Positions 7,852-18,433 are shown, numbered from the stretch's first letter. The stretch: DNA of 64,000 bases from Gammaproteobacteria bacterium (GCA_020050845.1 JAGVJZ010000027.1:3331-67330); one strand, 5' to 3'. A program made the numbers and translations. Notes: generated by a model not told the origin, from the letters alone.

Positions 7852-10133
7852 TGGCATCAAATCTTTTAATCGTAGAATCACCTGCCAAAGCAAAAACAAT
7901 AAAAAAATATCTTGGTAAAGACTTTGAAGTACTGGCTTCCTATGGTCACGTGCGTGATTTAGTGCCCAAAGAAGGTGCGGTGGACGTTGATCACGACTTT
8001 GCCATGAAATACACAGTCGTCGAAAAAAATAAACGCCACATTGATAATATTGCCAAGGCATTGAAAAAAGCCAAAGCGCTCTACCTTGCCACTGACCCGG
8101 ATAGAGAAGGAGAGGCAATTTCCTGGCACGTTGCAGAGTTGATGAAAGAAAAGCACATTTTAGACTCAAAACCAGTGTTTCGTGTGGTATTTCATGAAAT
8201 CACTAAATCTGCCATTAAAGAAGCCATAAAACATCCAAGAGAAATCGCTATGGATTTGGTGCATGCCCAGCAGGCGCGCAGAGCATTAGATTTCTTAGTC
8301 GGTTTTAATCTTTCACCTCTATTGTGGAAAAAAATCAGACCTGGGCTTTCTGCTGGTCGGGTTCAAAGTCCGGCATTGCGTTTGATTGTAGAGCGGGAAG
8401 AAGAAATAGAAAAATTTGTCACTCAGGAATATTGGACCATCGAAGCCGAATTGAAGGCGCAAGATCATCCTTTTAACGCCCGACTGATAGAATTTGATAA
8501 AGAAAAAGTCACTCAATTTTCAATTGTTGATGAAAAACAAGCCAAAAAGACTGAGAAGTCTCTGGTTAAATCCGCCGCTGGAAAGCTGACGGTCACTAAA
8601 ATTGATAAGCGGCAACGTAAACGTAATCCGGCACCGCCTTTTATCACCTCAACCTTACAGCAAGAAGCGGCTCGTAAACTAGGTTATACCACTTATCGAA
8701 CAATGCGTATTGCTCAGCAGCTGTATGAAGGTATCGAAATTGGTAATGATGGTTCTGTTGGTTTAATAAGCTATATGAGAACGGACTCCACTAATTTGGC
8801 TGCAGAAGCGGTGGCTGAAATTAGGCAGCTTATTCAAACACGTTATGGTGAAGAAAATCTTCCTGAAGAGGCTAGAGTCTTTCATAAGAAAGCGAAAAAT
8901 GCTCAAGAAGCTCACGAAGCGATCAGGCCCACGTCTATTCATTATTTACCAGAAGATGTCCGGCCATTTCTCAATGATGAGCAATTTCGGATGTATGATC
9001 TGATCTGGAAAAGAACAGTCGCTTGTCAAATGATTCATGCAACGATTGATACTGTTGCTGTGGATCTAAATTGTGGCTCTGGCAATCGCTTCCGTGCCAA
9101 TGGTTCAACTATTGCTATTCCAGGATTTATTACCGTCTACCAAGAAGGTATTGATGATGCCAAAAAGGATGATGGCGATGAGAAATTCTTACCTCACCTC
9201 GAAGAAGGCGAAGTCGTGGATCTCGTCAAGATGCACTCGCTGCAACATTTCACAGAGCCACCGCCACGCTACACAGAAGCGAGTTTAGTAAAAGCATTGG
9301 AAGAGTTTGGTATAGGCCGACCTTCCACCTACGCGAATATTATTTATACCATTAAGAATCGCGAATATGTGGTGCTTGATCAAAAACGTTTTAAACCTAC
9401 TGATGTAGGGCGCATCGTCAAACAATTCTTAACCCAGTATTTTACCCAGTATGTGGATTATGATTTTACCGCTCAAATGGAAGATGAGTTAGATGATATT
9501 TCACGGGGCGAAAAAGAATGGGTTCCGATGTTAGATGACTTTTGGGTCCCATTTAAAGATCTGGTTAATGTCATCGAAGAAACGGTGAAGCGTAAAGACG
9601 TTACTCAAGAAGCATTAGATGAAGAATGCCCTAAATGTGGCAAACCTCTATCTAAACGTCTTGGTAAACGCGGAAGGTTTATTGGCTGTTCTGGTTATCC
9701 CGATTGCGATTACACACGTGGTCTTGAAGATGATCAAAACGAAGCCCAAACTCTCGAAGGTCGTGAATGTCCTGATTGCCACTCGGCGCTTGTTATCAAG
9801 ATGGGTCGCTACGGCAAATTTATCGGTTGCAGCAAATATCCTGAGTGCAAGCACATGGAACCTTTGGAAAAGCCGGCTGATACGGGTGTTAATTGTCCTG
9901 AGTGTCATAAAGGCCATATGCTCAAACGTAAGAGTCGTTACGGGAAATATTTTTATTCTTGTTCGACTTATCCGGATTGTAAATATGCTGTTTGGAATGA
10001 ACCAATCCCGGGACCATGTCCAACGTGCGGCTGGGAAATTTTAACGATCAAAACAACGAAACGACGTGGCACTGAAAAAGTGTGCCCACAAAAAGAATGT
10101 AAATTTAGCGAACCCTACCACGATGAGGAATAA
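7851..10133 (+). CDS. topA: DNA topoisomerase I
   Basis: Toprim N-terminus (LLIVESPAKAKTI) and three C-terminal C4 zinc-ribbon repeats. Start at 7851 overlaps the smg stop (TAATG). Confidence 0.9.
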   Translation: MASNLLIVESPAKAKTIKKYLGKDFEVLASYGHVRDLVPKEGAVDVDHDFAMKYTVVEKNKRHIDNIAKALKKAKALYLATDPDREGEAISWHVAELMKEKHILDSKPVFRVVFHEITKSAIKEAIKHPREIAMDLVHAQQARRALDFLVGFNLSPLLWKKIRPGLSAGRVQSPALRLIVEREEEIEKFVTQEYWTIEAELKAQDHPFNARLIEFDKEKVTQFSIVDEKQAKKTEKSLVKSAAGKLTVTKIDKRQRKRNPAPPFITSTLQQEAARKLGYTTYRTMRIAQQLYEGIEIGNDGSVGLISYMRTDSTNLAAEAVAEIRQLIQTRYGEENLPEEARVFHKKAKNAQEAHEAIRPTSIHYLPEDVRPFLNDEQFRMYDLIWKRTVACQMIHATIDTVAVDLNCGSGNRFRANGSTIAIPGFITVYQEGIDDAKKDDGDEKFLPHLEEGEVVDLVKMHSLQHFTEPPPRYTEASLVKALEEFGIGRPSTYANIIYTIKNREYVVLDQKRFKPTDVGRIVKQFLTQYFTQYVDYDFTAQMEDELDDISRGEKEWVPMLDDFWVPFKDLVNVIEETVKRKDVTQEALDEECPKCGKPLSKRLGKRGRFIGCSGYPDCDYTRGLEDDQNEAQTLEGRECPDCHSALVIKMGRYGKFIGCSKYPECKHMEPLEKPADTGVNCPECHKGHMLKRKSRYGKYFYSCSTYPDCKYAVWNEPIPGPCPTCGWEILTIKTTKRRGTEKVCPQKECKFSEPYHDEE

Positions 10134-10134
10134 A

Positions 10135-10638
10135 ATGAAGAAATCTTTTGTTGCCATTTTAGTCGGCTCTGATTCTGATTTGCCAACTATGCAAAGCACG
10201 ATTGAAATTCTCAATAAATTTGCAATTCCATATGAAGTGAAAATTGCATCGGCCCATCGTACTCCGGTAATGACTCAGAACTACATTCATGATGCACAAG
10301 CGCGAGGTTGTGCCATATTCATAGCTGCAGCAGGTTTAGCGGCGCACTTAGCGGGTGCTGTGGCGGCACACACTGTAAAGCCCGTCATTGGAGTTCCTAT
10401 GGATGCCGGTAGCTTAAATGGCCTAGACTCATTGTTATCTACGGTTCAAATGCCAGGTGGTATTCCAGTTGCTTGTGTAGCGATTGGCAAACCAGGTGCT
10501 AAAAATGCAGGCTATTTAGCTGCTCAGATGTTAGCGATAACTGATGAGAATTTAGCTGCCAAACTACAAAATGAACGTGAAGCGACGGTGGCCACTATTC
10601 AGAAAAAAAATGCCGAACTTGAGTCTTCTTTGACCTAA
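10135..10638 (+). CDS. purE: N5-carboxyaminoimidazole ribonucleotide mutase
   Basis: GSDSDLPTM motif. 167 aa after trimming to the internal ATG at 10135. Confidence 0.85.
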   Translation: MKKSFVAILVGSDSDLPTMQSTIEILNKFAIPYEVKIASAHRTPVMTQNYIHDAQARGCAIFIAAAGLAAHLAGAVAAHTVKPVIGVPMDAGSLNGLDSLLSTVQMPGGIPVACVAIGKPGAKNAGYLAAQMLAITDENLAAKLQNEREATVATIQKKNAELESSLT

Positions 10639-10640
10639 CA

Positions 10641-11198
10641 ATGACTTTGTATAATGACATTGCTCAGGCGGTTACCCATCTAAAGAAAGGTCACATCATC
10701 GCCTATCCGACTGAAGCCGTGTATGGGCTAGGCTGTGATCCTTACAATCAAGATGCCGTTACTCGCTTGTATGAATTGAAAAATAGAGATATCACTAAGG
10801 GCTGTATTTTAATCGCGGCCAGTTGGGAACAAATTAGTTTTTTAATAATGCCGCTTTCGGAACAGCAATTAAAGCGAGTGACTGTCACTTGGCCAGGTCC
10901 TATGACGTGGGTATTTCCAGCTTCAAAATCAGCACCGAGGTGGTTAATTGCACAGGACGATACGATCGCTTTGCGTATCTCAAGCCATCCAATGGTGGTG
11001 AAACTTTGTGAGGAATTTAAAAACCCCATTGTTTCTACGAGTGCAAATCCCGGAGGTTTGCCACCTGCTAAAACGAGTTTTCAAGTGCGACAGTATTTCC
11101 AACAAAAGATTGATTTTATTCTAGAGGGTGCAGTTGGCGAGTTACAAACTCCGACTCCAATACGAGATGCCGTCACTGGAGTTTGGTATCGAGAATAG
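10641..11198 (+). CDS. tsaC: L-threonylcarbamoyladenylate synthase (YrdC/TsaC family)
   Basis: YPTEAVYGLGCDP motif. 185 aa. Confidence 0.8.
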   Translation: MTLYNDIAQAVTHLKKGHIIAYPTEAVYGLGCDPYNQDAVTRLYELKNRDITKGCILIAASWEQISFLIMPLSEQQLKRVTVTWPGPMTWVFPASKSAPRWLIAQDDTIALRISSHPMVVKLCEEFKNPIVSTSANPGGLPPAKTSFQVRQYFQQKIDFILEGAVGELQTPTPIRDAVTGVWYRE

Positions 11199-11405
11199 AT
11201 TGTAACTACTTGCTCCTAGAAGCAACGGTCATCTTTGCGCTGGACTTCCTGTCCCTCGGCCGGACGGGCCCGCTACTTCGTAATATCCAAATTGTCTATC
11301 CTGGCAATTTGAGGGCTTAATTTTTCGACGAAAAATTAAGCTAATCTGATCCGTTTTAGAGACATTCTCGCTTAGGGTGAGCCGTTATAGAATTTGAGAT
11401 GACCT

Positions 11406-12350
11406 ATGAAAAAATGTGACACACAATGTGTAAAAGATTATTTATTAGGACTACAGGAGAGTTTGACCCGCAAACTTTTAAAGGATGACCCTCAATTAAC
11501 CGTGCAACAAGATCAATGGCAACGTCCCAATCATGGCGGAGAAGGAATTAGCTGCGCATTTAGCAACGGAATTATTTATGAAAAAGCGGGTGTTAATTTT
11601 TCACATGTCTTTGGAAAAGAACTACCTGCTGGGGCAACTGTTCATCGACCTGATTTAACCAATTCTGCTTTCGAAGCTCTTGGCATATCGATCATCATTC
11701 ATCCAGTAAATCCTATGGTTCCAACGTGCCATGCCAACTTGCGTTTATTTTCAGCCACTACCGAAAATCGGGAAAATATTTGGTGGTTTGGTGGCGGTTT
11801 TGATCTGACCCCCTATTATGGTTTTAAAGAAGATTGTATTCATTGGCATAAAGCGGCGAAACAAGCTTGCGAAGGTTTTGGCGAGGAAGTTTATATTCAG
11901 TATAAAGAATGGGCGGATCGTTATTTTTATTTGAAACATCGACAAGAGCCTCGTGGTATCGGCGGTTTATTTTTTGATGAACTTAATCAGTGGCCTTTTG
12001 AAACCTGTGTTAATTTCATCAAGAGCATCGGCGAACATTTTGCAGAAGCTTATTTTCCAATAGTAGCTTTGCGTAAAAATCATTCCTATGATGAACAGCA
12101 ACGTCAATTCCAGTTGTATCGTCGTGGTCGTTATGTTGAATTTAACTTATTGCAGGACCGTGGTACTTTGTTTGGGTTACAATTTGGGGGAAGAATAGAA
12201 TCAATTTTAATTTCTTTGCCGCCACTGGTGACTTGGCAATATAACTGGCAGCCAGCACCGGGAAGTCGAGAAGAAGAACTTTATCACTATTACTTAAAGC
12301 CACAAGATTGGGCAAATCTGAAAGATGGGAAGGATAACTTTGAAAAATAA
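11406..12350 (+). CDS. hemF: Oxygen-dependent coproporphyrinogen III oxidase
   Basis: 314 aa with HemF family conservation. Confidence 0.8.
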   Translation: MKKCDTQCVKDYLLGLQESLTRKLLKDDPQLTVQQDQWQRPNHGGEGISCAFSNGIIYEKAGVNFSHVFGKELPAGATVHRPDLTNSAFEALGISIIIHPVNPMVPTCHANLRLFSATTENRENIWWFGGGFDLTPYYGFKEDCIHWHKAAKQACEGFGEEVYIQYKEWADRYFYLKHRQEPRGIGGLFFDELNQWPFETCVNFIKSIGEHFAEAYFPIVALRKNHSYDEQQRQFQLYRRGRYVEFNLLQDRGTLFGLQFGGRIESILISLPPLVTWQYNWQPAPGSREEELYHYYLKPQDWANLKDGKDNFEK

Positions 12351-14112
12351 AATCGAAGCGTTAATCAAAGAAAGTTTAAATGCTTATTTAACTAATCTAA
12401 ATACTAATGAAGAAATTGATATCTCCAAAATTCATGTCGAAAGAACGAAAGATTCCACACATGGCGACTTTGCTTCAAACATCGCGATGGTTCTCGCAAA
12501 ACCTTTGAAAAAAAGTCCTCGGGAGATTGCGGCAGAAATCATTAGTGCTTTGCCTGACGCTTCGGAAATTGACAGAGTAGAAATCGCAGGCCCAGGATTT
12601 ATTAACTTTCATCTTACTGAAAAAGCATTGCAGAGTGTAGTCTGCGAAGTATTGTTAACAGACGGAATTTATGGGCATTCTTCACTCGGTCAAAACAAAC
12701 CGGTGATATTAGAATTTGTTTCTGCTAATCCCACGGGACCCTTGCATGTTGGACATGGTAGACATGCAGCGTATGGTGCAACGGTTGCAAATCTTTTAGA
12801 GGCAGTAGGTTATCGTGTCCATCGTGAATATTATGTCAATGATGCTGGCCGTCAAATGCAGATTTTGGCGGCAAGCATCTGGTTGCGTTATTTGGAATTA
12901 TTTGGTGAGACTTTTTCTTTTCCCAGCAATGGTTACAAAGGTAGTTATGTGATCGACATTGCTAAGGATCTGAAAGTAGCAAAACGAGAAGGACTACTTC
13001 GACCTCTTGAGCAGCTTTTTACAGATCTACCTCAAGATGAAGTGGAAGGTACTGAAGGTGGTGATAAAGAATTATATATCGATGCGCTAATTGCTCGAGC
13101 TAAAAAACTTTTAAGTGAAGACACTTTCGAAGAGATTTTGCAGTTTGGTCTAAAAGCAATTTTAAAAGATATACGTGAGGACCTAGAAGACTTTGGAGTC
13201 ACTTACCAACAATGGTTTTCAGAAAAAAGTTTAATAAGCAGTGGTGATATTACTAAAGGCTTAGAGCGGTTACAAAAGGCCAACTATCTTTTCCAGCGAG
13301 ATGGTGCAACGTGGTTTCAAGCGACTTCTTTCGGAGATGAAAAAGATCGGGTTGTGGTTAGAGAAAATGGTCAAACTACTTATTTTGCATCGGATGTTGG
13401 TTATCACTTCAATAAGTATGAGCGAGGCTTTGAAAAAATTATAGATTTATTCGGTGCTGATCATCATGGTTATGCGCCGCGTATCATCGCTTTTTTGAGA
13501 GCGGCAGGTGAAGATGAAAAAAAATTGCAAGTGTTGCTAGTGCAATTTGCAATTTTATATCGAGGAAAAACTAAAGTATCCATGTCTACTCGTAGTGGAG
13601 AATTTGTGACTTTGCGCGAATTAAGGGAAGAAGTTGGCAACGACGCGGCAAGATTTTTTTATGTTATGCGTAAATGTGATCAACATTTGGATTTTGATTT
13701 AGAACTCGCTAAATCGAAATCCAATGAAAACCCTGTGTATTATATACAATATGCTTATGCCAGAATTTGTAGCGTTGAAAGGCAACTTGCACACCAAAAA
13801 CTAAGTTTCGATCAAGAGAAGGGTTTGGCACATTGTGACTTGCTTACCAGTAGTCATGAAAAAAATTTGCTAACAGCGCTGTCTTTGTATCCGGAAATTA
13901 TTGAAGCGGCAGCCACAAACTACGAACCACACCTTCTGGTCCATTTTTTGCAGGATTTAGCAACTTATTTCCATACCTATTATAATGCCAGTAAATTTCT
14001 TGTTGAAGATGAAAATATTCGCAATGCTAGGCTTTGTCTTGCGATTGCCGTCAAAACTGTGCTTACGAATAGTTTGAAACTACTTGGAGTTTCTACGCCT
14101 GAGGTAATGTAG
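12325..14112 (+). CDS. argS: Arginine--tRNA ligase
   Basis: HVGH class I motif, anticodon-binding C-terminus. 595 aa. Confidence 0.9.
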   Translation: MGRITLKNKIEALIKESLNAYLTNLNTNEEIDISKIHVERTKDSTHGDFASNIAMVLAKPLKKSPREIAAEIISALPDASEIDRVEIAGPGFINFHLTEKALQSVVCEVLLTDGIYGHSSLGQNKPVILEFVSANPTGPLHVGHGRHAAYGATVANLLEAVGYRVHREYYVNDAGRQMQILAASIWLRYLELFGETFSFPSNGYKGSYVIDIAKDLKVAKREGLLRPLEQLFTDLPQDEVEGTEGGDKELYIDALIARAKKLLSEDTFEEILQFGLKAILKDIREDLEDFGVTYQQWFSEKSLISSGDITKGLERLQKANYLFQRDGATWFQATSFGDEKDRVVVRENGQTTYFASDVGYHFNKYERGFEKIIDLFGADHHGYAPRIIAFLRAAGEDEKKLQVLLVQFAILYRGKTKVSMSTRSGEFVTLRELREEVGNDAARFFYVMRKCDQHLDFDLELAKSKSNENPVYYIQYAYARICSVERQLAHQKLSFDQEKGLAHCDLLTSSHEKNLLTALSLYPEIIEAAATNYEPHLLVHFLQDLATYFHTYYNASKFLVEDENIRNARLCLAIAVKTVLTNSLKLLGVSTPEVM

Positions 14113-14128
14113 TTAGTTGGAGATAAAT

Positions 14129-15376
14129 ATGAAGAAATTATTTATTAGTGTTGTTAGCTTAATTTTGATACTGGCTGTGACCCCGCTCATAGTGGGTATA
14201 TATTTACAAAAACACTACCAACCAACTCTCGCTGCATTAATGGAAAGCAACAACATGAATTTTAAGTTGCGCAGTTATCAGCGTGGTTGGTTTTGCTCTG
14301 AGGCAACCTGGATCACGAACTTACCCCTAGTTGATAAACCATTAAAGCAAGTAGTAAATAATCCGGATGATGCCTTAACAATTCGACAGAAAATTTACCA
14401 AGGACCTTTAATTATTAATTCTCAGGGCATCAAAGTTGCACTGCTCGAAATAACCTCGCACTATAATCAAACGTTTTTAGCAAAGTCGTCGTTAACATTT
14501 TTAGGTCATCTTAAAACAAAAATTGCAATTCCTTCTTTAACGATTCCCAAACAGTCAGCAGCTCCAATTTATTCCATTACGGGTGCTTATGGAGATCTGG
14601 ACTGGAATCTCAAAAATGATCGACTACGAGCAGGTCTTAAGTTACAACATTTATCGGCGAAAATCGACCGACCAAGAACCATTGATAATTTTTCAGTACA
14701 ATTTAATCTTGTTAAAACTCAGGGTGGTTTGTGGGTAGGTAAGCGCCAATATCAATTTGGCCAAATGACTTGGGAACAGGATAGTAAGGATTATCTTATC
14801 AACCACTTAAATTTTGACATTATCGGTACTGTGACCAACAATGATCGTTATAACCTGGCTATTATAGGAAAGGTTGCTAACCTAGGAATCAATGGTAGTA
14901 ATTACGGATCACAGAAAATTGTAATTAGTCTGAATGGCTTAAATTTATTAGCAGTTGAACAATTTCATACTCAATTTCCATTAACGTCAATGCACCTCTT
15001 AAATCCTTATGATTGGCAAACTGCAAAAGAAAAGTTCTTAGCAATATTGCATCATGGAGGGGAAATTAAACTAGATAGCTTACAGCTAAATACTGCCTGG
15101 GGCGACATGATCGCATCTGCTCGTTATCGTTCAGCGATGATGGCAAACGCCTCTCATGAAATACTACAAGAAGCTACTATTAATGCTAAAATCCCCTCAG
15201 ATTTGTTTAATCAGTTATTAACTGGAGTTTACCAGTTAAAATTGCGTACAAGTGACGAAAATGTTATCAGTAACGAGGTTGCTCGTGCTTTGGTATCTTG
15301 GCAACAGCAAGGATGGTTAATGGTGTCGAACAACCAGGCGCTGATTAGTTATCAATGGCAAACAAAAGAAAAGTAA
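14129..15376 (+). CDS. YdgA/DUF945-like secreted or membrane-anchored protein
   Basis: Signal/anchor sequence. Weak family resemblance to DUF945 (GWFCSEATW motif). RBS GGAG sits 7 nt upstream of the 14129 ATG. Confidence 0.45.
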   Translation: MKKLFISVVSLILILAVTPLIVGIYLQKHYQPTLAALMESNNMNFKLRSYQRGWFCSEATWITNLPLVDKPLKQVVNNPDDALTIRQKIYQGPLIINSQGIKVALLEITSHYNQTFLAKSSLTFLGHLKTKIAIPSLTIPKQSAAPIYSITGAYGDLDWNLKNDRLRAGLKLQHLSAKIDRPRTIDNFSVQFNLVKTQGGLWVGKRQYQFGQMTWEQDSKDYLINHLNFDIIGTVTNNDRYNLAIIGKVANLGINGSNYGSQKIVISLNGLNLLAVEQFHTQFPLTSMHLLNPYDWQTAKEKFLAILHHGGEIKLDSLQLNTAWGDMIASARYRSAMMANASHEILQEATINAKIPSDLFNQLLTGVYQLKLRTSDENVISNEVARALVSWQQQGWLMVSNNQALISYQWQTKEK

Positions 15377-15380
15377 TTTT

Positions 15381-15953
15381 ATGGCAAAACGAAACACACG
15401 CAGAAGTACTTATCAACGACGTAGCACGCAACGACAACGAGCTGCGGTTTCTCCTATAAAATGGTTATTAAGTGGTATTTTAATTGGACTCATTGTGCCA
15501 AGTTATTTTTTACTAAAGTCTAAAGATAACCCAACATCATTATCAGCAGCTGAATCTTCCGAAGTTGTTAGCAATCAATCAGTTGCATTAAAAGAGCACG
15601 TTACTAAAAAAATTCATCCTAAGGAAAAACAGGCTCAAAGTTCAACTCATTCAAATTATGAGTTTTATAATCTCCTCTCTGAAGAAGATCCTGGTTCAAA
15701 GACTAAAAAAAACACAGATAGCCAAGCAGTGTCTTTTACCTTAAGGATTTCTTCTTTTAAAACCTACGCAGAAGCTGATCAGCTTAAAGCTCAACTATCC
15801 TTAATAGGAGTGGATCAAATCAACATTTCAAAAACATCCCCCTATAAAGTCGTTGCAGGACCCTATTCAAGTAAAAGCGATGCCTTAAAAATTAAGAAAC
15901 AGCTTGAGGAAAATGATATTGCTGCCGAACTTGTGAAGGCAATTAGTGAGTAA
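15381..15953 (+). CDS. SPOR-domain cell-division protein (short FtsN-like)
   Basis: Arg-rich cytoplasmic N-terminus, one TM helix and a C-terminal SPOR domain. Immediately upstream of hslVU, as ftsN is in E. coli. Confidence 0.55.
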   Translation: MAKRNTRRSTYQRRSTQRQRAAVSPIKWLLSGILIGLIVPSYFLLKSKDNPTSLSAAESSEVVSNQSVALKEHVTKKIHPKEKQAQSSTHSNYEFYNLLSEEDPGSKTKKNTDSQAVSFTLRISSFKTYAEADQLKAQLSLIGVDQINISKTSPYKVVAGPYSSKSDALKIKKQLEENDIAAELVKAISE

Positions 15954-15961
15954 GTCCTCTT

Positions 15962-16087
15962 AGGGGCTTGTAAAAGAATAACGTCCCTTTTTGAGTGCCC
16001 ATCTTGAACGCATCTTTGAACGTTCAAATCTGCATCCAAAGCTGAACCCTGAAAAAGGGAAGTTATTCTTTTACAAGCCTAACCCCC
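15962..16087. repeat. Long imperfect inverted repeat (~33-nt arms) enclosing a loop with a 12-bp palindrome TTGAACGTTCAA
   Basis: Left arm GGGGCTTGTAAAAGAATAACGTCCCTTTTTGAG. Right arm CCTGAAAAAGGGAAGTTATTCTTTTACAAGCCTAACCCC. A 17-nt core matches perfectly, with 2-3 mismatches or bulges overall. Confidence 0.5.
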
Positions 16088-16088
16088 A

Positions 16089-16118
16089 CTTGAAAAACAT
16101 AGATTCGACCCCATAAAT
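16089..16118 (+). promoter_or_regulatory. Putative sigma-32 heat-shock promoter of hslVU
   Basis: CTTGAAA at 16089-16095, a 14-nt spacer, then CCCCATAAAT at 16109-16118. This compares with the sigma-32 consensus CTTGAA/CCCCATnT and lies about 55 nt upstream of hslV. Confidence 0.45.
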
Positions 16119-16172
16119 AAAGATCACACCCTATAAAAGGTGCGAGTAATCCCATTTAACGAGGAATAATCA

Positions 16173-16721
16173 TTGGAACAGTTCAGAGGTACGACAATAT
16201 TATCTGTTCGCCGAGATGGCAAAGTAGTGATTGGTGGTGATGGCCAAGTCACCATGGGTAAGGCCATTGTGATGAAGGGAAATGCCCGTAAGGTCAGACG
16301 GCTTTATGGTGATCGCGTGATTGCCGGGTTTGCAGGTGGTACCGCAGATGCCTTTACACTTTTTGAACTCTTTGAAGCGAAATTAGAAAAACATTCTGGT
16401 AACTTAATGCGTTCTGCGGTGGAATTAGCTAAGGACTGGAGAACCGATAAAATTCTACGTCGACTTGAAGCGTTACTAACGGTGGCAGATCGCCAATCTT
16501 CATTGATTATTACAGGTAATGGCGATGTTATCGAACCTGAGAACAGTATTATGGCCATTGGTTCCGGTGGTCCCTATGCGCAATCCGCTGCTATTGCATT
16601 ACTGGAAAATACCAAATTAAGTGCGAGAAAAGTAGTGGAAAAAAGTTTAGCCATTGCGGCTAACATCTGTGTTTATACCAATCACAATATCACCATTGAA
16701 GAATTAGATAGCAAAGAGTAG
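16173..16721 (+). CDS. hslV: ATP-dependent protease subunit HslV
   Basis: TTG start 7 nt after GAGGA. The catalytic TT(I)(L)SV motif is preceded by the six residues MEQFRG. Confidence 0.9.
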   Translation: MEQFRGTTILSVRRDGKVVIGGDGQVTMGKAIVMKGNARKVRRLYGDRVIAGFAGGTADAFTLFELFEAKLEKHSGNLMRSAVELAKDWRTDKILRRLEALLTVADRQSSLIITGNGDVIEPENSIMAIGSGGPYAQSAAIALLENTKLSARKVVEKSLAIAANICVYTNHNITIEELDSKE

Positions 16722-16726
16722 AGAGA

Positions 16727-18064
16727 ATGACTGAAATCGTAATGACACCCAAAGAAATTGTACATGAACTAGATAAGTATATTATTGGCCAAAAGAGTGC
16801 GAAGCGGGCGGTGGCAAATGCACTTCGCAACCGTTGGCGTCGTATGCAGTTAGAGACCGATTTAGCTGCTGAAATTACTCCTAAAAATATTCTCATGATC
16901 GGCCCAACTGGGGTTGGTAAAACGGAAATCGCACGACGATTAGCGAAGCTTGCCAAAGCGCCTTTTGTTAAAGTAGAGGCAACCAAGTTTACTGAAGTTG
17001 GTTACGTTGGCCGGGATGTCGAATCTATTATCAGAGATTTAGTTGACGTTGCCGTTAAGCAGGCACGTGAAAACGAAATGACCAAAGTACGTCAACGAGC
17101 AAAAGAATCAGCTGAAGAAAGAGTTTTAAATATTTTGTTGCCCAAAGCTAGAGGCTCAGTAGATGAGGAAGAAGAAACACCAAAAAGCAACACTCGACAA
17201 ATTTTTCTCGAAAAATTACGATCCGGTGAGCTCGATGATAAAGAGGTCGAAGTTGAGGTTTCTTCTCAAGGGGTAAGCTTTGAAATTATGGCGCCTCCTG
17301 GCATGGAAGAAATGACGAGTCAGTTGCAGAATATGTTTCAGAATATTTCGGGAGATAGAACCAAAGCTCGCAAAATGAAAATAAAAGACGCTCTCAAGCA
17401 GCTGACAGAAGATGAAGCGAGTAGGATGATTAACGAAGATGAGATTAAGACCAAAGCACTGAAAAGCGTCGAGCAAAACGGCATCGTATTTATAGATGAA
17501 TTAGATAAGATTGTAAAACGAGGTGAATATGGTGGCGGTGGTGATGTATCTCGGGAAGGCGTCCAACGCGATTTGCTGCCGATCATTGAAGGCAGTACAG
17601 TATTTACAAAATATGGGATGTTGAAAACCGATCATATTTTATTTATCGCTTCTGGCGCATTTCATTTAGCAAAACCTTCTGACCTCATTCCGGAGCTTCA
17701 GGGTCGTTTACCAATTAGAGTTGAACTCAATGCGCTCACTGCAGAAGATTTTGTCCGTATTTTAACTGAACCAAACGCTTCATTAACGGAACAATATGTT
17801 GCATTAATGGGTACGGAAGGCGTGGAATTAGAATTTGCTCAAGATGGAATTCAGCGCTTAGCAGAAATTGCATTTCAAGTTAATGAGCGCACTGAAAATA
17901 TTGGAGCACGACGTTTGCACACTATCATGGAAAAACTTTTGGAAATAATTTCCTTTGAAGCACCTGATCGTGATGGTGAAAAAGTTATGATTGATAAAAA
18001 ATATGTTAACAAACAACTGGCTCATCTTGTGAAAGATGAAGACCTCAGTCGTTACATTTTATAA
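16727..18064 (+). CDS. hslU: ATP-dependent protease ATPase subunit HslU
   Basis: Walker [10 protein letters not shown]-domain and AAA+ C-terminus. 445 aa. Confidence 0.9.
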   Translation: MTEIVMTPKEIVHELDKYIIGQKSAKRAVANALRNRWRRMQLETDLAAEITPKNILMIGPTGVGKTEIARRLAKLAKAPFVKVEATKFTEVGYVGRDVESIIRDLVDVAVKQARENEMTKVRQRAKESAEERVLNILLPKARGSVDEEEETPKSNTRQIFLEKLRSGELDDKEVEVEVSSQGVSFEIMAPPGMEEMTSQLQNMFQNISGDRTKARKMKIKDALKQLTEDEASRMINEDEIKTKALKSVEQNGIVFIDELDKIVKRGEYGGGGDVSREGVQRDLLPIIEGSTVFTKYGMLKTDHILFIASGAFHLAKPSDLIPELQGRLPIRVELNALTAEDFVRILTEPNASLTEQYVALMGTEGVELEFAQDGIQRLAEIAFQVNERTENIGARRLHTIMEKLLEIISFEAPDRDGEKVMIDKKYVNKQLAHLVKDEDLSRYIL

Positions 18065-18073
18065 TAGAAGCTA

Positions 18074-18433
18074 ATGGCAATACCTATTGAGATAAAACTA
18101 CATAAGAAGTCAAAACTCTTAGAAATTACCTTCGATGATGGCGGTCATTTCCAATTAACTTGCGAGTACTTGAGAGTTTTTTCGCCGTCAGCTGAAGTAA
18201 GAGGTCATGCGAAAGAATCGAGAAAACTAGTATTTTTTAAAAAGAATGTTGGGATTATTAATATCGAACCTGTGGGTAGCTATGCGGTAAAACTGATTTT
18301 TGATGATGGCCATTCTACGGGTTTATATACTTGGGAAATCTTGCATGATTTGTGTGTCAATCATGACGGTAATTGGGCACAGTATTTAGCACGGTTGGAA
18401 GCGGCCCGTTTGTTGCGGGAAGAGCCTCAGTAG
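18074..18433 (+). CDS. DUF971 (gamma-butyrobetaine hydroxylase-like N-terminal domain) protein
   Basis: 119 aa. Family resemblance only. Confidence 0.45.
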   Translation: MAIPIEIKLHKKSKLLEITFDDGGHFQLTCEYLRVFSPSAEVRGHAKESRKLVFFKKNVGIINIEPVGSYAVKLIFDDGHSTGLYTWEILHDLCVNHDGNWAQYLARLEAARLLREEPQ

